A stretch of 64,000 nt of DNA from Lobosporangium transversale (GCF_002105155.1 NW_019028989.1:1-64000), one strand, 5' to 3'. Shown: positions 48,350-63,039, counted from the first letter of the stretch. The notes: generated by a model not told the origin, from the letters alone. Translations and numbers: made by a program.

Positions 48350-51053
48350 TCAAAGACAATACGAACTAATATAACATTGCTTACACATTCCTTCTGGAAT
48401 GGCTCTCATGGAAAGAACACACAACTCACAGTAATTCACACACGCACGTAATACACATTATCCGAAATGCCAATAGGTCTTACCTCGCCATGACATGGAA
48501 AAAATTGACTTGGCATGGTTGTGTGATGGAATGGACGAAAACTCCTCCAATCCACGCCTTTTTTTTTTTTTTTTACGTGTCTTCATTCTTCTAGGACAGA
48601 TGTTTTAGGGGAAACATAGACTACCACACCACTTCTTGTCCCCCCTCTCCCCCCTTTTTTTTATTCATTTTATTCATTCATCTTAAAGAATACTTCATTT
48701 CATGCAGAATAGCATTAACTATGTTGTATCTCTATCAAAAATGAAAACCGCGTCAGGTAAAAACGTAGGAAAGGAAATGGTGGGATAAAATAAAATAAAA
48801 ATGTGGTAACTCATTGATGATGCTCTACTGAACTGTAATAGATTCGGGTCATGATCCTTTTTTCCCTGGGAGTTGCTTTTGTGGTAGCCCAGAGTCTATA
48901 TCTCTGAAATATTTCCAACACATGGGAAGAAAAAGAATAAACCTACATCAGCACGCGAAACAATGTTCCCAGCAATCAGGGACAGGACAGTTCATTCCCA
49001 GGCGTCAGATTCAAAAAGAAAGAAACAATGGGGAGGGAACGATAAAAGAGGCGAGAAATTCGAATCTCGAGTCCGATAGGGTTACTAGGCACAAGGGATT
49101 CGATTTTTTGTTCTTGTTCGAGTCTGGATGTGACGGAATTCAGTTAGGGTGTGAACATCTGTGGAATGCCACGCTATTGGCGTGCCTCGCCTCGTTTAAT
49201 CCCACAAATACATCCCATTTGGTACTTTCCTCCTAGAATTTTTTTCCCTTTCTTCCTTTCTATCTTTCTTTTCCTTCACACGTTACTGCTGAAAGAATAA
49301 AGCGTTATGACTCGTTGGGGAAAAACATCTAAAAATTGCTACATGTACCCAGCTTTCTGCAGAATAGAACCAAGAAAGAAGAATGGGGGGGGGGGGGTTG
49401 TACTTTTGGGAAGAATGAACCAAATACATGTACGTCCAGAATAAATGCATTTTTTTTTTTCTGTAGCTGAGCCCTAAACTGAGGTTGATAGAAAAAAAAC
49501 TATACATATAGGATTCCTTTTGTTTTTGCCAGTTAAAGGCATAATAACAGGGGATCGTCCCTTCACGTTTCAGGAGAACAACAGTGCATTTATAATTTAT
49601 ACTCTGAATGATTGTAGCGACCTTTTTTTTTATTTTTTTTTATTTTTTTATTTTTTTTTAGTATATGTGAATAACCGTAATTGAACAATTATTCGAATGT
49701 ACCGTTCATGTACCGCAGTCCATGGCCCAGGCTCACTAAGATTCAGGGGCAAGTAGGGAAATAATGGCTGCAAGAAGTAAAGACTGACTGACTGACAGGC
49801 TGTACTTGTAGGCTGAGTGCAAAGGCTTGGGTTGCAGCAGTATGGGCGAGGTAAGGATGTGGGGAGGGGGAGGGGGGGAGAAAGTGAAGGAAAGGGAGAG
49901 GAGGGGAAGAAGGGATTGGGGGATGAGCAGAGTGACTGAAAGAGAGCAGGGTACCCAAGAAAGAAAGATGGGGGAGAAAGGGGGGAAGGAGCATCCACGG
50001 CTGCATTAACAGGACAACAAACGGAGCATTGGCCAGTTCACCTTCTTGGAAAATGACCCGTTGTTTCTCTTTGAGCTCTCAGCAAGAGGTTGGTGATGGT
50101 GATTCCTCCTTTCCCTTCTCTACTCTTTTGACACTGTCATGGATATTGGATGATGATGCTCATTACCGTTGTAGGAAGAGCGCTACCACATTGATTTCTA
50201 CATTTGACGTTGGATCGGCCAAGTGTGCGATCCAAACAGATTCAACACTGAATAAATGAGATTGGACGTAATTCAAGAACATATTGCTTAATATGACTAG
50301 CAATATAGCATTATAACACAGTGGTAAATTGCACATTCTTTGTTCAATGCATCGAATAGTATAAATATATTTGGTCCATTCAGACACGTTAATCAAGGTG
50401 GATCATGCAAACTACGATGCATACTTCTTTGATGTCCGTTGGCTAGGGTTGATTGCGCATGTCTGTCTGTTGTCTCTCCCTCTCCGCTTTTTTTTTTTTT
50501 TTTTTTTTTTTTTTCTGTTGGATCGGTATGTGTAAACTTATATCCCAGACAAGATCCCGCAACAATGCAACGTTGGAGTTTTTTTGTGATGCATGGATGC
50601 GTCTCTTCTTTCACTTCTTCCAATCATTTTTTTGCATGGCTTTCTCCTTGAGTTTATGACCCAGTCCAAATTAGTTATACTATCTCTTTCTTTTGGAGAA
50701 CAAGCACATAATGCTCGCAAAAATAGAATATGTAGAATATGCCGAGAATCTCTCTCGAATAAAAAAAAAGGTTAAAGTGCTGGATAGTGTCCGTTTGTTG
50801 AGAGTTCTTCAGCTGCCTAGAAATCGATAGGGTGTCCACGCATTGAACCAGCTTAGCACTTACGACCCGTAACCATTGCTATAGCGTCGCATGCTGCCTT
50901 GCCCCTAGTTCCCACCTGTCTTCCCCTTGATTCAAGGCATACTTCGAGCGAGCATTAAAATGATTATTGCATGTATTATAGTTTGCTATCCTCTATTGGA
51001 ATACTCTTTTTTCATTCGCTTCTTTGATACTTCAATAACCCCCCTCCCTCCCT

Positions 51054-51084
<31 letters not shown>

Positions 51085-54000
51085 GTTATTACCGACCTTT
51101 CTGTTTGGTCTGTGGAACAAATCGAACGAACTAGAGTGTTTCAAAATGTATGGGGCCAGCTTGTAGCTGCAAGTCCTATGCTTACCAGAATGGCAGTATT
51201 TTCACGTTTGTACCCCATATCTCTGTCTTCTGCATCACTTCTCTCCCCTCTCCTCCCTCCCCTTTTTTTCGTTTTACGTGGAAGCGAACTGTGCATGGAT
51301 GAAGACATACTCAAAGCAATAGAGTGACAATTGATGCACAGATGTGATCATTGCGTTTGCCTCGGGTACACAAAGACCAATATTCGACCCTGTTTGCCGA
51401 ACTTTTTTTTTTTACTAACCCTTGTACAGTTAGTGTAGTACAAATGTACATCAGCACATGTTCAAAATGTTAATCGCCGATATATTTTTGTTGTCTGTGT
51501 TGTGTTGCGTAGACTAGGAATCACCCGCCGCAAATAAAATAAAATACTCGCTTATGTTAGGTTTACTCCGCTGCAGTCGCAAAAAAAGAATATGCACGAA
51601 TGCGCGCGCTTTTTATTTTTTTTTCTCTTGATAGTAAGTGGTTGAAGTGGTTACTTTGTAACAGTGGCTGTTAGTGGCGGTGGGATCTTGATTGGTGATT
51701 TCTTGCTCTCTCTTTTCGTTACTGCTCTCAGCCAGAGGGGTATGTTTCTACTGCAAGGTATGCAACATCCATCCACCTTATCCTATCATGCAAACAAACA
51801 AACAAGCATAGGAAAAAAAAGAAAAAAAAAGAGCAGAGCATTAAAGAAAGACCAAACAAAATGCACTCTTGAGTTGTAAAAAAAAAAAGAGGTATAGTAA
51901 AGAGTAAACTGTGAGCTATATCTGTCCAGTGGTCCTTCAGTTGTACTCCAAATCACAGATTATGCTGATTACTTCAAACACGTCAACTGTAACTGTGTAG
52001 TACAACAAGGAAAGAAAAAAAGACTAGAATCTTTTTTTTTTTTGGAGTGAATGTTTAACATTTGACGCGACTTATAGTCTGTACTCTATGCGTTGAAGAT
52101 CCCAAAGGTTATAAAATATTCATCATATTGTATCAACAACTAAACAACAACAACAGCGACATGTTGCATTAGCAGGGTTATAAAAACATGCGGTACACGC
52201 AACAAATACTCTAATTGATATCTTCATGTACAAAAAGACTTTAATCCAATTTGCCCTCTTTTTCTTCCTGTACCTCTTCTACCTTTCATCCCTGAAAGCC
52301 GAGTGCCTGGTCTCCGAAGCAGAGAAAAAAATAAACAATATAATCTTTCATACATTTAGAATGAACTCCTCTTTACTTTATTTCTTTGTTCCCCTGCTTT
52401 GGAAGGCCCCCTTTAAGGCATACAGTGCTTGACATGATAAAACAGCAACGGTTACAGAAATACCAGTTGCACCAATCGGAACGGCAATAGCAATAATAAT
52501 AGAAATAACAACAATAAATAAATAAAATATATGCCTATGGTGAAAGTTAGCATATATCGTGCCTAGCTTGCAATGTTGGCGTTACCTCTTGCTCTTTTTA
52601 ATATCCTTCACCCTTCAAAAAAAAAAAAAAAAAAAAAACCTCACTTTCGTCTGCATGGCACGAACCATGCAATTGGGGCAGCTGGGAAACGTAAGGGGAG
52701 AGGAGAAGGAAGAAGTGTGGGGGAAAAAACCGTTGCTCAAATTCATTGATAGCTGCATTTGAGCGTCAATACCTACCTGGTTGTATATGTTTTAATGCGA
52801 ACTCCTTGTTGGATACGTTGCATGCTAATGGTTTATTTTCAAATCGATGTTTGCTCTTTTTTTTTTTTTTTTTTTTTTTTTTACCTCTAGACAGGTGTCA
52901 CCCTATCTTTCATTCTCTATGCATGCCTAGATGCCTTTGCTTGGTCATATCATTTTGTTACTGTTGTTATATATTATTGTTGGGGGCCACATATAGGCTG
53001 CCTAAACAGACTAAAGTGGATTGAACGTTAAAGACAAGGGCAAAGACAAAAAAAAGGGTGCCGAAGGTTGGTCTGGACCCCAATAGCTCTTGACCGTTAC
53101 TAACAAATAAATAAAATCTGGAATGCCAACGGTTCGTTCTCTATCGTATCCTGATTTAATTAGGTTCGGTATCAAGGGGAGAGACAATACAATAACGGCA
53201 AAAAAAAGAATCATTAATATCACGAGTTGAATAAAAAGCTCATTAGCATAAACAAAAGCGACTTGTTAAGCAACCTAGTCCAACTTGTAATAAGAGGTTA
53301 TTACGTTAAGCGCTTGAGCGTTCATCTTGTCTTGAGCCCTAAGCTCGACTTTAGATGACTTTGATTTTGAACCATTCCCAAAGAGAATCCCCCCTCCTCT
53401 CTCTCGTTGTCCTTCTTTTTTCGCCCATTATTGTTTTTGCCTATTGTTTTCAATCAATGAAAATATGAAACTCAGGGATATGCTAATTCCCAATTTGGTA
53501 GTTAATCAACGTGGAATCCCCTTTTGTTGTTATTGTTGTCTTTCCTCCTTCAATCGGATGCTTTTCTCTATAGAGTCTAATCCATTAATCCTTTCATGAT
53601 AGCGCGACCAAGGCTTCTTTTCTGTATTATATTTATGTCAGAAACACTACTTTGAGCTCGAAAGCCCCCTATCAATCTTCCTTCCATATCTGGTGAAGTT
53701 GAAAAAACTCTGCATTGAGAGACTCCTTGTATTGAAAGAAACGTGCATAAATAATAGAAGAGTGTCTATACAGGAACATAAGGCTTTAATATCTGAGTTT
53801 GGGCAGCTTAGCAGACCCCTCCTTAACTTACGGAATAGATAATAACAGCAATTTCTTCCGCTTGATTACAGAATTCCCTTCCATATAAAACATTTAGTCT
53901 CTATTTCACTGTTGGAAATGTCATTAAACAGTAATAGCATTTGACTATAGGGAGACATCCACAAAGTAGCCAGGAAAGGAAAGGTTTTATATATTATCAA

Positions 54001-54507
54001 ATTCGCAGAGGAGATGCGGAATTCTAGACAGTTTGGCCATCTGTTTGAGTAACCTTTATGTAGATACTTCAAGTCTTTATTTGAGTGAGATTCACAGGTC
54101 ATTGTCAATAGTTCATTTGTAATAAAAAGCACTATTAGGATTAGAGACAGACTACTGGAGACGATGGAATGGGATAACAGGGGAAGACGAATAACACCAG
54201 CGGTACTGCTTATTTCTCACTCAGGGAATATGCCTAAGGCTAATCATCAGGCTTTTTGCTGTATTGCAATATATGCTGCGCAATTTTTCAGCCAATCAAA
54301 AGATTTGAGCTGAAAATGTACTTCTCAAAGAGTAAGCCACTCTGTAAACAACCCCAATTCTAGTGCGATCATTCCCTGGCTTGACTCAACCATTAACCTA
54401 CTCTCAGTTTCCGTAATTTCAGGAAAATCTGACAAACCAGCGGGATTAAATCCACAATATCGTGATTTTGCTGTATTTTCCTAGTAGTCGACATAATACA
54501 TTAAACA

Positions 54508-55074
54508 ATGTTTAAGCCAACAATTACTCAGTCTGTACCAGCTTTGGCTCGTGGATACGGCACAAATGTCACACGCACACTCTTTCCTCGTCACTACCGT
54601 CTTCGTCACAAAGTCAATAGTGAGGCCGATGCAACGCCTCTCAAGGACGGTTCATTGTTTATTCGTCGCCCTACAGCCGGACCTACAACTTCGATTCTCT
54701 CTTCTACAAATCCTTCTCCTGCTTCGGTCTCCTCAAGGACACCAGGCTCCGCCACATCAACACCTTTGACACATCCAGACTTGCCACCTGCTTTGAATGC
54801 TGATAAGGCTGCAGCTCGTCCTGAATTCGCCACATTAACAGAGGAGCAGATTGCAGAGATGCGTGCACTTCGATTGGAGGACCCCACCAAATATACACGA
54901 TCATACTTGGCAAAAAAATACAATGTCAGTGATCTGTTTGTCAAATGCTATGTTCCTGCATCAAAAGAAGTTCAGGTTGCAAGGATCAAGGCTCAACAGC
55001 GCGCGTTTAGGAACAAAGGGTGGAAGGCACAGGAAATCATTATCCAGAGACAGAAGCGCCGTGAGTTGTGGTAG
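54508..55074 (+). CDS. MRPL20: Mitochondrial ribosomal protein mL58 (MrpL20)
   Basis: Presequence-like N-terminus; LTEEQIAEMRALRLEDPTKYTRSYLAKKYNVSDLFV; C-terminal RQKRRELW. Confidence 0.85.
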   Translation: MFKPTITQSVPALARGYGTNVTRTLFPRHYRLRHKVNSEADATPLKDGSLFIRRPTAGPTTSILSSTNPSPASVSSRTPGSATSTPLTHPDLPPALNADKAAARPEFATLTEEQIAEMRALRLEDPTKYTRSYLAKKYNVSDLFVKCYVPASKEVQVARIKAQQRAFRNKGWKAQEIIIQRQKRRELW

Positions 55075-55356
55075 AATAGGTTCAGAAAAAAAAAAAAGGA
55101 TAGGGTATTGGAATTTTATAGAGATCAATCGGGGATGCATATGGACCAGTGGAATTTGGGTAAACGATTACAATAAAATAAAGGCATCTATATACTGTAG
55201 TTTTTTAGGTGTGAGGTGATCAAGTGCGATATATTTATATGTATATATTTATATATTTATTGATCTAGACAATTAGCTGGTCAAAGAAGATGATGTTAAT
55301 TGCCAATCAGTATTATTTACATGAGATGGACTAGGGCCAAAGAAATGGAGGGATTA

Positions 55357-55902
55357 TTACGGCCCTGGAGAGCGACCAACAGTATCGCTGTGATTCAAGA
55401 GATAATGTCCAAGATACTCTAATGGATTTTGTGGCCTACAAAAAAAAAGAGACTGTTAGTGATATTGACATGTAAATTCGATCTGCATTAGTCCTCTTGA
55501 AAACCAAACCATGTTTTTCTCCACTTTTACCGTTCTTTTGCGAGTTGTTTCATTCCTTCCAGTAGCACAGGTAGTACTGTTTGATCCAGGTACGACCTAA
55601 TAGGCATTTCTACTAGTTCAGCCTTTGATAATCCTGCTAAGGGGTTCGAGATCCCAGTTGCGGAGGAAGCAGTAGATCCTTCACGATCTGCGTTTAAGAT
55701 CTCCTGTTTAAAAAAAGAAAAATTAGGAGTTGAACTTCTTTTTTTTTGAAATAGGATGGATGATGTAAAAAAGACAAATTCACTTTACACCAATGCTTTT
55801 GACAGGGCCGCGTTGCGATTCCACCTTAACGCTCCTCTCTCGTTCCTGCAATGCGGGTGAATGTCTAGCATCGTGTACTGGTGTGGATCGATCCGATTCC
55901 AT
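55357..55902 (-). CDS. DPY30: Dpy-30/Sdc1 COMPASS subunit (not in ORF track)
   Basis: Three exons (55902-55789, 55703-55531, ~55436-55357) give MESDRSTP...[42 protein letters not shown], the Dpy-30 motif. Confidence 0.92.
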
Positions 55903-56061
55903 GGTTGACGAAGGATGAAGACGATGCAAAAATAAACGCTCGAGAAGTTTAAATTATGTTGAAGAACACGGTTCAGTGTAACAAAGAATAGCTTTTTTTG
56001 GAAGTGGCTTTGCCACCAAAATTGAGACTGCACAGATGCACGCGTTTAAACAGGCGTTCCT

Positions 56062-56093
<32 letters not shown>

Positions 56094-56126
56094 CGGTTGG
56101 GACATTCAATCAAACTCAAACATTCC

Positions 56127-57127
56127 ATGGCTCGGCAAAGGAAGCAGACTGCCACCGAGGCAAGCAATGATGACAATAATGATGGCAACGACAACAATAA
56201 TGTCACTTCTACGGCTCATACAATGACAATAACCACTCCCGCAACTTCAAGCTCAAGCACAAACACAAGCGCAACTACAGTAACAACCACACAAAAAAAA
56301 TCATTAGCCAAATCCAAAAAGGGAAATGCGATCGAGACTCTGCGTACAGTAGTTCCTTCCATCTTCCAAGAGTCACAAAAGACTTCAGCTAACCATCGCA
56401 AGAATGCCGTCATGTTGAGAAAGATTCAGGAGCAATGTGCAGAGATCGCTGCAGAAAAAGGGGAGGAAGCTTTCAACAAAGAATTTATTCGAAATCTGAA
56501 TGTCGTATTGGCTATTAAAAAAAGAGAGCCTGCAGCTGACCGAGTTATTCAATTTGTGTCATCATTCATTCTGTGCACACGGGAGAAGGGTAAGGCGAAA
56601 GCTTAGTTTTTTTTTTTTTTTTTTTTTTTAACTATTGCTTACCGTAATTTATATCTCTACTAGACATGGCAGCGGAGGCAGCAAACGAAGATGAAGAAGG
56701 AGCAGAAGGAATCTCGTCACGATTTGTTGAGTATCTGATGCATCATTTGTTGAAAGGAGTCAGAGTTAAGGAAAAGCTAGTACGCCTACGATCATGTCAG
56801 TTGATTGCATTAAGTATTAACTCGCTAGGCGCTATTGAGTAAGCAGGAACTTTTTTTCTTTCCCCATGGGTTATTTAATCATACCTCTTCTATAAGCTAA
56901 CCTTTTTTTTTTTTTTTTTTTTTTTTTTTCTCATTAGTGATGATCTTTATACTCAACTGAAGGAGAGTCTCATGGAGCGAATCAGGGACAAGGAAGCTGC
57001 TGTTCGCGTCCAGGCAGTATTTGCATTGTCAAAACTTCAGACGGCTGAAGAAGACACTGAAGGTGGCGACGGAGAAAATGTTGTTCAGAAACTTTTAGAC
57101 TTGATGCAACATGATCCTAGCGCGTAC

Positions 57128-57160
<33 letters not shown>

Positions 57161-60100
57161 CACAAACAGGCTTTGCATCCACATTTGGTCATAAACCTAT
57201 TTCGCACTAAGCCCGGCTTTTCCCCTTGCCATTCCTACAATAGTGAGGTTCGTCGGTCAGCACTCTTCAATGTTGAACATACCAGAGCCACACTGCCCTC
57301 TATTCTTGAGAGGGCTAGAGACACAGATGCATATAACAGGAGAGGCTTGTTTACGAAACCAATGGATGAACTTTCGGATTTTCGTGTGTTATCGATTGAC
57401 GATAGGGAGAGATTGCTTCGCTATGGGCTGTCAGACAGGTGGGTATCCTATTGCAGTGATTTGTAATATACAGCATGCCAAATCAAATCTCAAAATTTAA
57501 GCTTTGGCCTTTATTTTTCATTTTTCGCTTTCTATTGAGGCAGAGACGAGAATGTTAGGAAAGCCTGCACCAAAATGTTATCCACCAAATGGATTCAACA
57601 GGCTGATAATAACCTTATCGAGTTTCTGGAACGTTTGGATGTGATGAGTAGCGAAATCGCTGATGAAGTATTGAAGGCATTTTTTGATTACCGTGCGGAT
57701 ATTCTCGGGAGTCTGGTATTCAATGGTTAGTAACGAAGCGATGAGGCAGGCCCAAATATAGTTGGTTTAATATTCTTTTGAAGTATGAACCAAAAGCTGA
57801 TATAATTGCTATAGACGTCTTTTGGTTGAATCTGACAGTTGAAAGTGCGTTCTTGGTGAGAGCATTCGCAGAGTTTTGTCGCAGTAAGGATGATGATATC
57901 CAGTTTGAAAGAGCAGTGCCAGAGGTCACTCGACATGCATATTACATTCAGCGATATAGCAATCAAATGCAGAAGGCTGATGAAGATAACCGCCCTGAGG
58001 CTGAATTCATCGTAACGCAGCTGCTAATGATCGCCAAACTTTTGGACTATGCAGACGAAAATGGACGCCGTAAAATGTTTAATTTGCTTCGTAAGTTTAT
58101 GAGGAAGAACACAGATATTAAAAAGATAAAAAGGAAAAAAAAAAAATTGTTCACTGATAGTAAGCGTGCTGAAAGCCTTTTTCATCTTCCTCATTTCTAG
58201 GTGAGATGTTGATGTTAGATGATATCCCTGATAATCATTTGGATTGCATTTTGGAGACCATGGGGAAAATTTCATTGAATGAAAAGGATTTTACTCGTAT
58301 TGTCATTGAAATTATCTCTGACATCAGAGCTGGAATTGATGAACAAGAATATCTTCGTAATCCAGAGAAGTCCGACGTAAGTATCGATTATACGAGACAT
58401 ATAGAAATTGGTGATTTGGTGATTCAGTCGATGTTATGTTCTGATCAAGTCCCTTCATTTTTTTTTTTTTTTTTTTTTTTTGTGCCTTTAGGACGATGAA
58501 GATTCGCTAGATGAGCAGACAATGGATTTGACAAATACACCACGTAAACGTAAACGCAGCATTGCAGACAAATCTCCGAGGAGAAGACCCTCAATTGGCA
58601 CTGAAGAAATTGGTCAAAGCGCAAGTGAGATTGATGCGATGTTGATTAGGATTCGTTGTCTGACTATCACTAAATTTATGCTGACTCGGAGTACTGAGGT
58701 AACTGAAGCGGTCTTGTGATACTATTTTTTTAATCTCGGGGAGTACAGCAGTTGACTTGTCTCTTTCTCACTGTTTATTTTTATTTTGTATTAACTTAGG
58801 CATTGAAAGAAAACTCGTATATGTATGGTCTCTTGAACGAATTGGTCATTCCAGCACTCGGAAGGCAAGAAGAGGTGATGCAGGAGCTTGGTCTTCATTG
58901 CCTAGGATTGATTTGCATGTTGGATCAGAATCTTGCTCAAAGTAATATGGAGTTGTTCTTGACATGCATTTTCGCCGAAAACGCAAGCATCCAACTCCAG
59001 ATTCTTTCGCTCAAGGTAATACCAGACTGTGAAAACTTGATCGTAAGCGTCAAGCTTTTCTTGTTTAAATTTTATTAAACTGCATGATCATAAATGACCA
59101 ATATTATATAGATTGTATTTGACTTGATCTTGACATTCGGTATGACTGCTATGTCAAGTCAAATCTCTGAAGAAAGGATTATACAAGACTTGGCCAAAAG
59201 TCTTGAAGGCCCCGGAGATGAACTACAAGCTGTAGCAGTAGAAGGGATAGCCAAGCTCATGTTGACCAAGCTATTGAAGAACGCTAAGGTATACATTATA
59301 GAATTCTATCATGTACCAGTTTTCCTGACAATTCGATCGTCCGTCTAACTTGCTGTAAAACTTCTATCTCCTTTTTCAACATTGCTCTACTGTAGATCTT
59401 GAGACAGTTGATCATTCTGTACTTTGATCCCCAAACAACCAACAATAACCACCTGAGACAATGCCTAAACTACTTTTTACAAGTCTATTTCCATTCGTCG
59501 CATGACAACCAAGTGACTCTTAGTCAAATCTTCGTTCCTATCATTATTCAGCTTATTCAGATGCGACAGGATAAGGGTGACATGCCATCACCAACCGTGA
59601 TGGCACAACAAATTCTTGAATGGTGTGAACCACGTCGAGTACTTGGGTAAAGGCATTTTCCTGTCTAATTTCTCCAATAGCTTTGTCGGGTATAGACCTG
59701 ACAAACATGGTTTACGACGATTGCTAAATTCTACTTGTTGCGCAACATAACTTTTCTTAGAGCGGACAAGGAAAATGAAGGTGCATTTGCTCAAAGTAAT
59801 ATTGATTTTGGTTTACAGGCTGATATAGCCATCGAAGTAGTTAAGGCTATGTTCACAGAACCGGCAGGTAATCCTTTTTTGTATGATCTCGGTAGCCTTG
59901 ATAGTTTTGACAAGTACGGGCGGCAAGTTACATTTTGGTACTGACGTTTCTTAATTCCATATCTTTGATAACTTATAGCTGTACGGAAGCACCTACCAGT
60001 CATCCTGTACAGGTGTCGACTGGATGGCGACGCAGGTGAGATTCGATTGAAAAAACTGACTCTTCTTATAGGCAACCTCAACGCAGTAAGTGACTCGAAA

Positions 60101-60810
60101 TCGTATGCATGTTCAGTTAATCAGTACACGAAAATGGTGAGAAATACTAAAGAGTTAACGTTAACATGATAAATAACTATAGAAACGTCCCATAAATGAG
60201 CGGTTAAGCAAGAAGTACCTAGTTTCAGTTGAGAAAAGCATCTTGAAAATGTTTGAAGATGCCCCGGAATCTCTTAATGATGAGGAACTGAACAAGCTTG
60301 TCGAGCTGACAGAAGAAATTTCATTTGTGGATAAATACGTACCCCCAGATGGTAAAGCACTATTTACGAATTTCAGCAATTTAGTAATGAGCTATATCTT
60401 TTAATTAATCAATGGCTTATTTTTATCTTTCCGATTCTACAATGATATATATTTAGATGCTGACGATGTGGTTCCACCAACACCCTCAGCTTCCAGATCT
60501 TCCAGATCGTCTAGATCTCAGAAGTAAGTCATTATCATTTGTTTTATTGATCATAGAAAAAGCATCAACGATAGCAATGTTACATAGTTCTTAGGACCAA
60601 TTGTAATTTATTGTTTATTAAAATTATAGATCGAGACCCAAAGCCAGGAGAGTATCTGCAGGAAGTGCTAAACTAGCCAAAATATTGAAGGACATTGATG
60701 CCATTCTAGAGTCATCCTCGGAATCAGAAGGAGATGAACCTCCTCAAGAAGATTCAGGTTCTGAGGAAGATGTCAGAGAGGAAGAGGAAGATGAGGAGGA
60801 TGAAGAGTAG
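56127..60810 (+). CDS. YCG1: Condensin complex subunit 3 (CAP-G/Ycg1), many exons
   Basis: Motifs: IFQESQKTSANHRKN, KKREPAADRVIQFV, ERIRDKEAAVRVQAVFALSKLQ, HDPSAEVRRSAL, ILERARD, LDYADENGRRKM, AVEGIAKLML, LRQCLNYF; acidic C-terminus ending at TAG 60810. Confidence 0.95.
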
Positions 60811-61021
60811 CGGTGATTGAAGTAGCAGTTAGTAGCATATTGTTATAATACAGTTTATTTCAATATTTGTATATTATCCAGCTTTATATATGCAGCAGCT
60901 TTCCGTTAAGTTGGAGCTGAATGATCCAATTAGAATACAGATCATTGTTGCCTTTTTTTTCTCGTTTTATTATTATTAAGTGAGAAAAGGTGTGTTCGCA
61001 TTATGGCTCTATACTTCTTCT

Positions 61022-63039
61022 TTAGTAACGACCTCGCTTGCGATCATCATCACGTTGTGTTGAAGTTGCACTGCGCTTTCTACTTGCTTCGTCCTCACGA
61101 TCCCATCGCTCCTACACAATGGGTCCAAAAGACATTAAGCAAAAGTGAGTATATATATATTATTATATATATATATATACACATATTTTTCAAACAAGAT
61201 ATGGCCACCTTCAGCGGCGGGAGAAGTTTATTACCTTATCCTTTTCAGCTTGCGACCTGTCTCTACTACTGCTGCCACTACTTCCACCTCCGCCGCGTCT
61301 ATCATCTCTGTCCGATCGATCAAACCGGTCAGAACGATCTCGATCTGATCGATGGTCACGATCACGATCTCTCTCACTCCTTGAACTACGCTCTCGACTG
61401 CTCGATAGTCGACTGCTGCTGCCACGATCACTGCCTCGATCTCGGTCACGGTCACGGTCGCTGGTACCGCGATCCCGATTATAATCACGGCTATGGTCTC
61501 GATCACGATGATCGCGGTCACCACGATTACTGTTCTCTCGAGAATCCCTCTGCTCACGGTCATGGCTACTACCTCGCTGCGGGCTTGCACTGCGCCGGTC
61601 ACTACGCCGATCATCATGATCGTCTCGATCGCCTGATTTCCCTTGTTGATGGCTACCGCCCCCACCTCCACTCATTGGTGACATCTGTCCTCCTAAGGGT
61701 GTATTTTGATGAGGATTGTTCATGCCTTGGTTGAATTGAGACCTCCCGCCTTGGAATCCTGGCCCTCCACCTCCAGGCCCACCGAAATTACCAGGGTTTT
61801 CCCATTGATTCATATTAGGTCCGCCTGGCCCAACGCGTTGTGGTTGTGGTCTAAAGCCATCCGGTCCCTGCCCCATGCTCGGACTACCTCGTCCACGCCC
61901 AGCTCCACCGCCCATCATACCGCCTCGCATATTGAGTCCGCCAGCTCCACGCCCGCCGCCTCTGAAATTACCCTGAGTAAAGTTGCCAGATCCGTCTCCA
62001 CCACCAAAAAATGGCGACCCTCCCGCTCCTCCTCCTCCTCCTCCTCCTTGCTGGAATTCGTTCTGGAATTGATTAGGACCATCCCCAAATTGCTGATCAT
62101 CGCCTCCACTAGCTGAGATGCTACCATTCCTCTGAAATGTCGGGCTTCTATCATTGCGTCCTGTATTGTCATGATCGCCCCCGGGACTACCATCCATAGT
62201 ATTGCCGCGACCACGCCCTGCGCCTCCAGGACCTCCTCCAACTCCCATTCCTCCTATGGGGCCGTTAGGGCCTCCAGGGCCAACCATAAATCTGACACCG
62301 GGACCACCACGTCCTGCACCAGGGACTCCGCCATGTTGGTTCATAGGGTTCATCATAGGCATACCATTCATTCCCATTCCTGGTACAGGCATTCCTCGAC
62401 CCATCATGTTAGGGATTCCGCCCATACCCATACCCATCCCTGGCATGGGTGGCATTCCTGGTAGTGGTAGTGGCATCATTCCAGGTGGAAGCCTTGGCAA
62501 GCCGGCCATTCCAGCCATACCCATTGCAAGTTCAGGTGCCAATTCCATTAATGCTTTTGGATCCACATCAATCCCCTAAAAAATATATGCATAAAAATTT
62601 GACCCGAATGAGGAACAAAAAAAAAAAAAAAAGAAAAAAAGAAAAGAAAAAGACAGTTCGAGAAGTCTGCAAGTGTTTTTCTTCTTACAGCGAATGGATT
62701 GTCGCGCATCATTTTTTGCTTTTGACAATAAGCTCTCCAGGTGCCCTCATTAAATCCATAGTTGAAGTAATCTGTTAAGTCAGCGCCAGGTTTCCTCCAC
62801 GGCTTGTCTTCAGCACCATCTAAATCCACATCATACAGTTCGACACCGTCAATGGATCCTACAGCATTAATATCCACACCGCCTGGTTTGGTTGCTCCAC
62901 CTGATACCGCATCACCAGTTCCATTTGCATTGGTTCCTGTGCTCGCTCCTGATTTTGTTGGCACATTCGTCTTGATATTTACAACAGTTTGTCTAAATAG
63001 ATAATGAGAGTACAAAAAATGAAAAAAATGAAAAAAATG

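Noticed and set aside
45000..54400. Numerous 60-110 aa ORFs rich in poly-F/poly-K
   Set aside because: Artefacts of homopolymer and microsatellite tracts; no coding-like composition.
61003..61734. 243-aa His/Asp/Cys-rich + strand ORF
   Set aside because: Antisense shadow of the RD/RS repeat region of FIP1.
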